Shown here one piece after another: positions 55,195 through 62,454 of a stretch of DNA of 64,000 nucleotides. This DNA is from Bacteroidales bacterium. Lineage in GTDB: Bacteria > Bacteroidota > Bacteroidia > Bacteroidales > WCHB1-69. The translations under genes and the position numbers were made by a program. The notes beneath the pieces are model-generated. The model saw only the letters and a list, made by a program, of their open reading frames with translations. It made no database searches and had not been told where the DNA came from. Position 1 is the stretch's first letter, and the number at the start of each line of letters is the position of its first letter. The stretch lies in NCBI GenBank assembly GCA_017438945.1, contig JAFRUI010000013.1, forward strand, positions 29,611 through 93,610. Direction: 5' to 3'.

Positions 55195-57558
55195 CTAAAA
55201 ATCGATAATACTGCGAACTTTCCTTGCGTCCCCCGGTACTCCTGACATTAGCGTTAGACTGAAAAAATCAACAAAATAGGGACCTGCAGAGTTATCTCCT
55301 GGTAATGGATTGTTTGGCATCGAAAAAGAAGCGGGAGTGATTGACCAATAGCAGTTACTCATATAATCATCCAACATATCAAAAGTCGACGAAGAGGAGA
55401 AAGGGGGTAGGAAAGGGCTTCCATTGACAAGCGACAAGGACTCATTAACAGCCGACAATTCATAAAACAGAAAAATCAGTTGCCCAACGGCTGGCAAATA
55501 CCAACCATTGTCAAAGTCAACGGCCCACACGGCAGGGAAGTCGGTGGCACTGCCGTATAGTCTTAACTTCTGTGTGTTGATTTTTCCATCCAGAAAATAT
55601 TGTGGTTCTAAAACATAACCTCCTGTAATGCCGCTGCTTGCCGGCAAATAGGCCGTGCCCCAAGGAAAGCTGCCTTGGTCTTGGAGATGTACCGCCCAGC
55701 CGTGCTGCCCGGTGGAATCCACAAAATAGACAACGGCTTTGGCTGTCTTGCCCGGCACCGGCCATTCAGCAGGCTTCACGATGGTGTTGTCGGTGCATAG
55801 AATGTCACCCGGGACCACTTGCTGCGGATTGTGGGGTACTATCGCCCCGTGATCCCCAACGGCAAGGACGATTGTACTCTCACCGGCGCAAAGATCCTCC
55901 GGTTGTGCCAGTGTGGTGAGCGTCGGTGTTGGATTCACCACCAACCGCACCATCACATCGCTATCACAGCCGTTCACCGTGGTACCGTTATAGGAAAGAT
56001 AATAAAGCCCTGGATTGTCCAGAAGTGGGGTCTGGATACCATGGCTGTTGTACGACACCCCCACACAAACCGTGTCCTCATAAATGATATGATAGGCCGG
56101 GGTATGATAGACCGTCTTGGTCAGCGTATAGCTTCCGCAGGCGTTCGTCCCCGTCACTGAGATGACGGCAGGGTTGGGCGAATTCTCAGTGAAGTATAAA
56201 TGCACCGACTGCCCAGGAGTATTGCTATAGTTTGTCACCCCTTCCGGAACATCCCATTGGTAAAGGAATATTGGCCCGAGGCAATTCAGCATATAGGTGT
56301 TGACCGTCATATCACAGACTGCCGTGTCCCCGAACAACTCGCCGGAGTCTTCCAAATGAGGATTCACCGTCAGATGGAGGTATTTGTAAGCGGGAAAACA
56401 TCCGTTTTCGGTCGTTAGCGGAAGACTGTCTGTGAATATTCCGGCCTGCAAGTTGGTGTAATGGAACCCGTATTGGTCGTAATCCGTCCCTTCACAGACC
56501 GTGGCGTAGTAATGTTCATTCCGCTGAATCACAGTAAGATGCAGTTTGTAAATATTTCCTGAAAGACAGTTGCCAGGGTCCAGAACAGTCCTTGAAAAGG
56601 TGAACTCGCCGGAAGACTCTTGCGGAGGCAGGTCGAAACCGTGTCCGGAATAACTTTCCCCTTCGCAGATAGTATCATACCATGTTTCGTTTGTAATCAG
56701 CGACATTCCCTCTATGGAGTTCAAATCGAAGTAGAAGTCGCAATCAATGCCAGGGTCGGAAGAGACGTGACAGAGGACATCCAAGTTATCTTGCAACGGA
56801 TAGGTGCTGGTGACGCTGGTAGAACCGTTATTCCAATCATAATGGGCATATCCTTCCGGCGCCGCCAGGGTGACTTGTTCCCCGTCACAGCCCACCACGG
56901 TGAGACGGTCGCTCATACACGAGGCGGTGAAGTATGCGTACCCGAATGACGCATTGTTGAATTTGCTGTCATAGGTGATGAACCTTGCCCTGACCTGCTG
57001 TCCTGCATGTTGCGACAGATCTATGCTGATGGTTGTCCAAGGCCGCCAAATCACCGAACCAGCCACCTGAAAGTTTCCGAAAAACGGGTAAGGAAAATAA
57101 TAATGCCCGCAAGGATATATGGAACCGTAAGCATAACTGTCACCACTTTGCTGTCCTAATAGGTAAATGCAAAACATTGGGCACCCAGAGGACATTTCTC
57201 CGAAATTCTGCAGCACAAAGGCAAATTTGACGGTCAGAATCGGATTGTCGGGATCCACCACGAAATCATAGTCAATGCATTCAGACTGTTTGCCGCCGAG
57301 GTCGTTGCCGAGTTTCACCACCGCAGTCTCGCCGGGCGGCAAAATGGGCAGCTGGAAACCCGTATGAGGGTCCATTCCCTGCTGGGTGACCACCGTATGC
57401 CGCCCTTCCACAATACCTGTGTTCATCGTCGGATTTTCGTACGGCCCATACCTACAGAACACCCCCGGGCCACTCAGATCCGTGAAATCCGGACACTGCG
57501 CCCGCCCGGCTGCCAGAACCGCCAAAATAGACACAGCCAACAACAGAATCCGTTTCAT
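55195..57558 (-). CDS. Secreted protein (787 aa) with a Cys-containing N-terminal domain, two-Cys repeats and a C-terminal DUF1566-like domain; no recognisable T9SS sorting domain
   Basis: Signal peptide MKRILLLAVSILAVLAAGRAQ. The C-terminal region (AVVYFVDSTGQHGWAVHLQD...AVDFDNGWYLPAVGQLIFL...KVRSIIDF) is homologous to the N-terminus of the downstream 1770-aa protein. A 12-nt gap separates it from that gene. Confidence 0.75.
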   Translation of the reverse strand: MKRILLLAVSILAVLAAGRAQCPDFTDLSGPGVFCRYGPYENPTMNTGIVEGRHTVVTQQGMDPHTGFQLPILPPGETAVVKLGNDLGGKQSECIDYDFVVDPDNPILTVKFAFVLQNFGEMSSGCPMFCIYLLGQQSGDSYAYGSIYPCGHYYFPYPFFGNFQVAGSVIWRPWTTISIDLSQHAGQQVRARFITYDSKFNNASFGYAYFTASCMSDRLTVVGCDGEQVTLAAPEGYAHYDWNNGSTSVTSTYPLQDNLDVLCHVSSDPGIDCDFYFDLNSIEGMSLITNETWYDTICEGESYSGHGFDLPPQESSGEFTFSRTVLDPGNCLSGNIYKLHLTVIQRNEHYYATVCEGTDYDQYGFHYTNLQAGIFTDSLPLTTENGCFPAYKYLHLTVNPHLEDSGELFGDTAVCDMTVNTYMLNCLGPIFLYQWDVPEGVTNYSNTPGQSVHLYFTENSPNPAVISVTGTNACGSYTLTKTVYHTPAYHIIYEDTVCVGVSYNSHGIQTPLLDNPGLYYLSYNGTTVNGCDSDVMVRLVVNPTPTLTTLAQPEDLCAGESTIVLAVGDHGAIVPHNPQQVVPGDILCTDNTIVKPAEWPVPGKTAKAVVYFVDSTGQHGWAVHLQDQGSFPWGTAYLPASSGITGGYVLEPQYFLDGKINTQKLRLYGSATDFPAVWAVDFDNGWYLPAVGQLIFLFYELSAVNESLSLVNGSPFLPPFSSSSTFDMLDDYMSNCYWSITPASFSMPNNPLPGDNSAGPYFVDFFSLTLMSGVPGDARKVRSIIDF

Positions 57559-57580
57559 TGCAGATTGAACTTTTTTTCGG

Positions 57581-57588
57581 CAAAATTA
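57581..57588 (-). promoter_or_regulatory. -7 promoter box (TAATTTTG on the minus strand) for the 787-aa/1770-aa operon
   Basis: Plus strand reads caaaatta. It lies 23 nt upstream of ATG 57558. Confidence 0.55.
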
Positions 57589-57629
57589 CATTTTTTTGTG
57601 AATTGTGAATTGTGATTGGTGAATTGGGG

Positions 57630-57657
57630 GTAGGGGCGAATAATTATTCGCCCCTAC
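57630..57657 (-). terminator. Perfect 28-nt palindromic hairpin after the LRR gene (GTAG-family, GGGGCGAATAAT type)
   Basis: GTAGGGGCGAATAATTATTCGCCCCTAC, 17 nt downstream of the stop at 57674. Confidence 0.7.
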
Positions 57658-57673
57658 AACATCCCGCAATCCG

Positions 57674-59272
57674 TTATTTCCTGACGATTTTCTGACGGTA
57701 TTCCTTCCCGTCACCGTTCGTCACGCGCAACACGTACACGCCCGCGGGAAGATTGGAGACATTGACGCGAATCGGGTTGCCCGTCACATTCTCCGTGTGG
57801 ACCAATTTACCGTAAATATCGAGAACCTCAACGGTCTCAACCTCAATTTGTACATTGTTCATTGTACATTGTACATTGACGTAATCGCTCGCCGGATTGG
57901 GATACACCTTGAAATCCGCCGGCGCGTATTCCTCCAAACCGACACACTCCTCATAGACGAGATTGCTGTAGTTGCTCCAACCAGGAGCGGACTGATACTC
58001 CGCTGTTTTCCCGCACGGCACTCGAACGTAAATAGTGCCCTGCTTGCTGAAAGTTGGATAACCGTCTCCTCCATTAATGGCGGGAGGTGTTTCACAGTAA
58101 ATATCCAACACCCTTAACCCTTCTCCAGCACTTGTAAAGAATGCTTTTTTGCCGATAGAAGTTACGGAAGCGGGAATGGCTATTTGCGTCAGCATAGGTG
58201 TGGCAGAAAAAGCATAGTTGTCAATGACGGCCAGCTGTTGAGGCAGTACGACATAATTCAAATTGGGACATCCTTCAAAACAGTATTCCGGAATAGTGTC
58301 AACCTGTGGCGGTATGACGACTGAAGAAATTGCTGTTTTTTCAAAGCAATAATGACCTAACCGCACAATATTGTCCGAAAGGATGAGTGTCTCCAAATGA
58401 TTGAGACCCATGAAGCAGAAGTCTGCCAATTCCAAAGGATTAGCTCCGGCCTGGAATTCTATGTAACGACAAGAATAGTCTTCATTTTCATACGAAAACC
58501 CGTCTCCCAGTGCAATTTTCTGCAAACTTCTCGGGAAAACCAAAGTATCAATGTATCTCGCCGAAAACGCTAACTGTTCTATTTCTTGTAACCCCTCATG
58601 AAAAGTAATCTTGGTCAGCGGACATCCCTGGAAGGCTCCGTAGGGTAACACGGTAACACCTGCTGGAATCTCCACTTCGCTGAGAGAAGAGTACGAAAAA
58701 GCAAAGTCCCCGATATAAGTCAAGACCGTGGGCAAATCAATGGATTCCAGCGGGGTGGACGAAAATGCGCCATAATTGATTCGGGTTACATTGGGCGACA
58801 TCATAATCTGATGCAGTGTGGAACCGTAAAAAGCACCAGTGTCAATGGTCTCCACCGAAGCAGGCAACACCACGGTGTGCATGCCCTTCTGATAGTAGAA
58901 AGCCTCTTTATCAATGGATTTCACCGAATAGGTCTGCCCTTGATAGGTCACCGAGGAGGGTATTGTTATCAGCGAGTCGTAATCATACACGGGATAAAGG
59001 AACCCGGGCTGCCCTATTTCAACAGAGCTTTGGGGTAGCGGAAGGGTGTGAAAGACCGAGTCATGACAACGGGTCACGGCCACGGTATAAGGCGCGGTGG
59101 CCGAAGTGATACGGTAATAAAGGGTGTCGCCATCTGCATTGGCGATCATGAAATCGTAGTCGGGATAAGGGTTCTGGGCGGAGAGGCTGCCCGTGAACAG
59201 GGAAAGCAGCAGAGCCAATGCGGTACCGAAATATCCGCGGATTCTCTTTCTTTGTGTTATTTTCTTTTTCAT
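57674..59272 (-). CDS. BspA-type leucine-rich-repeat protein with a T9SS type A sorting domain
   Basis: 532 aa with a signal peptide. Repeated I...AF..C..L..I.(I/L)P.SV..I...AF units. C-terminus is YPNPASDYVNVQCTMNNVQ...GVYVLRVTNGDGKEYRQKIVRK. Confidence 0.85.
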   Translation of the reverse strand: MKKKITQRKRIRGYFGTALALLLSLFTGSLSAQNPYPDYDFMIANADGDTLYYRITSATAPYTVAVTRCHDSVFHTLPLPQSSVEIGQPGFLYPVYDYDSLITIPSSVTYQGQTYSVKSIDKEAFYYQKGMHTVVLPASVETIDTGAFYGSTLHQIMMSPNVTRINYGAFSSTPLESIDLPTVLTYIGDFAFSYSSLSEVEIPAGVTVLPYGAFQGCPLTKITFHEGLQEIEQLAFSARYIDTLVFPRSLQKIALGDGFSYENEDYSCRYIEFQAGANPLELADFCFMGLNHLETLILSDNIVRLGHYCFEKTAISSVVIPPQVDTIPEYCFEGCPNLNYVVLPQQLAVIDNYAFSATPMLTQIAIPASVTSIGKKAFFTSAGEGLRVLDIYCETPPAINGGDGYPTFSKQGTIYVRVPCGKTAEYQSAPGWSNYSNLVYEECVGLEEYAPADFKVYPNPASDYVNVQCTMNNVQIEVETVEVLDIYGKLVHTENVTGNPIRVNVSNLPAGVYVLRVTNGDGKEYRQKIVRK

Positions 59273-59306
59273 TGTTGTGGAATTTAAGGGTTATAAATTT
59301 ATTTGG

Positions 59307-59314
59307 CAAAATTA
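59307..59314 (-). promoter_or_regulatory. -7 promoter box (TAATTTTG on the minus strand) for the LRR gene
   Basis: Plus strand reads caaaatta. It lies 35 nt upstream of ATG 59272. The context aaaaaaatgtaattttgcc is nearly identical to the box at 57581. Confidence 0.55.
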
Positions 59315-59333
59315 CATTTTTTTACGGTTTGCG

Positions 59334-59367
59334 GTTGTGGGGGCGAATAATTATTCGCCCCCACAAC
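59334..59367 (-). terminator. Perfect 34-nt palindromic hairpin (GTTGTGGGGGCGAATAATTATTCGCCCCCACAAC)
   Basis: Same element as 57630-57657 but with a compensatory A>G / T>C pair in the stem. Confidence 0.65.
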
Positions 59368-59380
59368 ATCCCGCAATCCG

Positions 59381-59670
59381 TTATTTCCTGACGATTTTCT
59401 GACGGTATTCCTTCCCGTCCCCGTCCGTCACGCGCAACACGTACACGCCCGCCGGAACGTGCCGCACGTTAATGGTGGCGGTGCCGACTTGTTGGGGCGT
59501 ATTGAATACGCCCCATAAAATACCAAGACAGGTCCGCTTTCCTTGCTACCCGTATTTGACAGAAAGACTCTGTTTCCCCATGCCTGAGTTTTTTCATCCT
59601 TTTGACATCCACTTGCTGTGAATAACATTATCCAAACGGAGAATGACAGCCATAGTAATTTTTTTCTCAT
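59381..59670 (-). pseudogene. Decayed T9SS cargo gene: a lipoprotein-type signal peptide joined out of frame to a ~50-codon sorting-domain tail
   Basis: The ORF 59670->59428 begins MRKKLLWLSFSVWIMLFTASGCQ. A different frame, open over 59545->59384, ends ...INVRHVPAGVYVLRVTDGDGKEYRQKIVRK with stop at 59381-59383. That matches the tail of the neighbouring LRR protein. No body domain lies in between. Confidence 0.6.
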
Positions 59671-59714
59671 AATTTTTACTTTTTTTGAATTTGTTATATA
59701 TGATATTGCGTCAA

Positions 59715-59722
59715 CAAAAATA
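59715..59722 (-). promoter_or_regulatory. -7 promoter box (TATTTTTG on the minus strand) for the decayed cargo gene
   Basis: Plus strand reads caaaaata. It lies 45 nt upstream of ATG 59670. Confidence 0.45.
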
Positions 59723-59802
59723 CAAATTGTTCGGCTCGTTTCCTCTTTTTTCTGTTTACTTTATCCTTCAAAGGGGCTTTTCATGACGAAATTGCCATAA
59801 TT

Positions 59803-59837
59803 TGATAGAATAACGATAAAATAAATGATAGAATAAA
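59803..59837 (+). promoter_or_regulatory. Direct repeat TGATAGAATAA x2 (23-bp period) in the divergent control region next to the second LytTR paralog
   Basis: ttTGATAGAATAAcgataaaataaaTGATAGAATAAac, with cores at 59803-59813 and 59826-59836. Confidence 0.35.
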
Positions 59838-59976
59838 CATTGACGAATGATATATATAACAAATTGGAAAACAACAATATACAAACCTTGTCTCCTGTTT
59901 TGCGGAATCTTATTTGCAAATAATCAAAATTTCGTCATATTCTTTCTTCAATCATGCCATTGAAACCTTAAAATCG

Positions 59977-59984
59977 TATTTTTG
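59977..59984 (+). promoter_or_regulatory. -7 promoter box (TATTTTTG) for the second LytTR paralog
   Basis: aaaatcgTATTTTTGcgctc, 20 nt upstream of ATG 60004. It lies inside the longer track ORF that starts at 59914. Confidence 0.55.
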
Positions 59985-60003
59985 CGCTCCTAAATTTCGC
60001 AAT

Positions 60004-61110
60004 ATGAGCAATAAATTGTCAACTTTCGGAAAAATCTGCATCCATGTCGGATTCTGTGTTATCATTGTCTTCTTCTTTGGTAGGAACACTGTCCTGCGTT
60101 TACCCTCCTGTGGCGCGATGTATAAAGAATACGTAACAGGACTATTGCCTTTGGTCTTGTTCTACGGCAATATGTTTCTCCTTTTCCCGCTTTTGTTTCT
60201 GAAAGAAAGACTGTTTGCGTACATTGGTTCTGTCACCCTATGCCTACTTGCCGCCACCTGTGCGGAACTCGCATGGGTTTATCCACAAATCGCGCCTTCT
60301 TTGGTAAGCTTATTTGGAGCGGAATCCAGTAAGTATCTTATTGTCTATTACTTCCCTCTGGTTTTCTTACGAAATACAGGTTTCACCCTGTTCTCCTTCG
60401 CTTTTTGTGACATTCGCCATCAAACTACTCTAAAGGAGAAATATGAATCCCGACTGAAAGAAATCGCGGGCGAGGTGGACATCCAAAAGACAGACAATAC
60501 ACCAGTCTTTGCCAATATAAATGACATTCTCTATTGCCAACAGGGTAAAAATTTCTCTTGGGTATTTATGGCTGGAGGTAAATTCTATATCCGATACGGT
60601 TCCCTGAAGACATTGAAAAAACTGCTTGGGGAGAATCTTTTGATTGATGTGTCGAAAGGGTTGTTTGTTATGCTGGATAAAATCCACTCCTACGATGAGG
60701 CATCCATCACCATAAGGGATTCAGTTCAAGACAAACTGCACTCGTTTGAATGGGGGACTGGCTATTATGAAAATGCACGACGGAAGTTGTCTGTCAGCCC
60801 TTCACAAGAAGCTAGGGAAACCTTTTTGAAAAACTCCTCGGAAAAGGCAACAAACGCGCCCCTGACCCTTGAAAGCAAAAAACATCTGAACGCCGTTTTC
60901 AGATTGCATCCGAATTTCCGCCCTGTCTATTCTTACATTCGGCAGCATCCAGGTTGTAAGGCAAACGACATCTCCTCAAAACACACAATCCCTACAGGCA
61001 GCCTCAACCGCATCCTCAAACAACTCAAAAACGAGGGTCTCATCGAGTACACCGGCAGCAAGAAGACCGGCGGGTACCGCGTGCGACAACAGCCATCATC
61101 GGAAAGCTAA
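60004..61110 (+). CDS. Membrane-anchored LytTR-domain protein with a C-terminal winged-helix module (paralog of 1080-2144)
   Basis: Same architecture as the first copy: TM helices (ICIHVGFCVIIVFFF, LLPLVLFYGNMFLLFPLLF, IGSVTLCLLAATCAELAWV), a LytTR-like core (ININDILYCQQGKNFSWVFM...), and the C-terminus HPGCKANDISSKHTIPTGSLNRILKQLKNEGLIEYTGSKKTGGYRV. Confidence 0.6.
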   Translation: MSNKLSTFGKICIHVGFCVIIVFFFGRNTVLRLPSCGAMYKEYVTGLLPLVLFYGNMFLLFPLLFLKERLFAYIGSVTLCLLAATCAELAWVYPQIAPSLVSLFGAESSKYLIVYYFPLVFLRNTGFTLFSFAFCDIRHQTTLKEKYESRLKEIAGEVDIQKTDNTPVFANINDILYCQQGKNFSWVFMAGGKFYIRYGSLKTLKKLLGENLLIDVSKGLFVMLDKIHSYDEASITIRDSVQDKLHSFEWGTGYYENARRKLSVSPSQEARETFLKNSSEKATNAPLTLESKKHLNAVFRLHPNFRPVYSYIRQHPGCKANDISSKHTIPTGSLNRILKQLKNEGLIEYTGSKKTGGYRVRQQPSSES

Positions 61111-61126
61111 CAGCCAAAAAAAATAC

Positions 61127-61134
61127 TATCTTTG
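61127..61134 (+). promoter_or_regulatory. -7 promoter box (TATCTTTG) for the hemerythrin/LuxR pair
   Basis: aaaatacTATCTTTGccg, 18 nt upstream of ATG 61152. Confidence 0.5.
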
Positions 61135-61151
61135 CCGAAAAATATTTGACA

Positions 61152-61871
61152 ATGAGTACTATCATCTCCAATCTTCCGCAACTGTCGCCGAAAATGAAAA
61201 TGGCCGATGCTATCAACCAGTACCACAGCCTGTTGACTGTTCTGCCGCGACTCGGCATCCCCCTCGGCTTCGGGGAGAAAAGTATCGAACAGCTCTGCTC
61301 CGAACACCACGTCTCGCTCCCCCTGTTCACCCTTATCGGCCGCATATATTGCCAAGAAGACTATTACCCCACCGCCAACGAGCTGCAACAATGCCCCATG
61401 ACCGACATCCTGCAATATCTTGTCTCCTCGCACAAGGACTACCTGGAGAACAAACTGCCCCATATTGAGCAACATCTCCACACTCAGTTGGCTTCCATGG
61501 ACAAGAAATACATCACTCTCATCTCCAACTTCTACGCCGAATTCCGCAAAGAGATGGAAAAACATTTCCGTTACGAGGAGGAGGTGATTTTCCCCTACCT
61601 GCGGCAGATTCTCTCCGAACAGGAGGCCACCGAGTCCGCCACCTACCAGAAGAACACCTTCCACCAACAGCACGATGACATCGAGGACACCCTCAACGAC
61701 CTCTCCAACCTGCTGCTCAAGTACATCCCCGCTGAAATCTCCCCCGTGGAGCGCGTCGATATGCTGTTAGACGTTTATGCCCTCTCCAACGACATCGCCA
61801 GACATGCCATGATGGAAAACCGCATCTTAGTTCCTTATATCCAACTGTTAGAATCCAAACGCCATGACTAA
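61152..61871 (+). CDS. Hemerythrin-like (HHE cation-binding) domain protein, RIC/ScdA-like architecture
   Basis: H...E motifs in a helical C-terminal half (HKDYLENKLPHIEQHL, HFRYEEEVIFPYL, QQHDDIEDTL, ARHAMMENRILVPY). The N-terminal ~65 aa resemble ScdA_N/DUF1858 but lack Cys. The track start at 61146 is a TTG. Confidence 0.5.
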   Translation: MSTIISNLPQLSPKMKMADAINQYHSLLTVLPRLGIPLGFGEKSIEQLCSEHHVSLPLFTLIGRIYCQEDYYPTANELQQCPMTDILQYLVSSHKDYLENKLPHIEQHLHTQLASMDKKYITLISNFYAEFRKEMEKHFRYEEEVIFPYLRQILSEQEATESATYQKNTFHQQHDDIEDTLNDLSNLLLKYIPAEISPVERVDMLLDVYALSNDIARHAMMENRILVPYIQLLESKRHD

Positions 61872-62454
61872 GATCGCCATCGCCGAACCCTCCATCCTGC
61901 TGCGCACAGGACTGGAACAGTTGCTGCACGAGCTGCCGGACGCGGAAATCATCTTCTCCACCGACAACCTGAGCTCCCTCTATGCGAGAATCAACGCCCT
62001 GCACCCTGACATTCTGATTGTCAACCCGTTGCTGTACGACTACGCCAAACGCGCCACCATCCGCGCCGAGTTTGACAACTTGCCGAACCTGCGTCTCATC
62101 GGATTGGTCACCTCCTACGTCGAATCGCAGCACCAGCGGCAGTTCGCCGGCGTCATCGAACTCAACGACGACTTCCAACGCATCAAATCGACCCTCAACC
62201 AGGTGACCAACTCCCTCCAATCCGACGGCGACGAACCCGACACCGACCCCCTCTCCGACCGCGAGAAAGAGGTGCTCGTCTGCCTCTCCAAAGGACTGAA
62301 AAACAACGAAATCGCCGACACCCTCAACATCTCCGTCCACACCGTCATTACCCACCGCAAGAACATCGTCCGCAAAACCGGCATCAAATCCGTCGCAGCC
62401 CTCACCGTCTATGCCATCCTGAACAACCTCATCGAAGAAAAAGACATTATCTAA
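61864..62454 (+). CDS. LuxR/GerE-family HTH regulator with an atypical receiver-like N-domain
   Basis: C-terminal LSDREKEVLVCLSKGLKNNEIADTLNISVHTVITHRKNIVRKTGIKS. The N-domain lacks the acidic pair (AEPS), and Asn replaces the expected phospho-acceptor Asp (PDILIVNPLL). It overlaps the upstream gene by 8 nt. Confidence 0.7.
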   Translation: MTKIAIAEPSILLRTGLEQLLHELPDAEIIFSTDNLSSLYARINALHPDILIVNPLLYDYAKRATIRAEFDNLPNLRLIGLVTSYVESQHQRQFAGVIELNDDFQRIKSTLNQVTNSLQSDGDEPDTDPLSDREKEVLVCLSKGLKNNEIADTLNISVHTVITHRKNIVRKTGIKSVAALTVYAILNNLIEEKDII

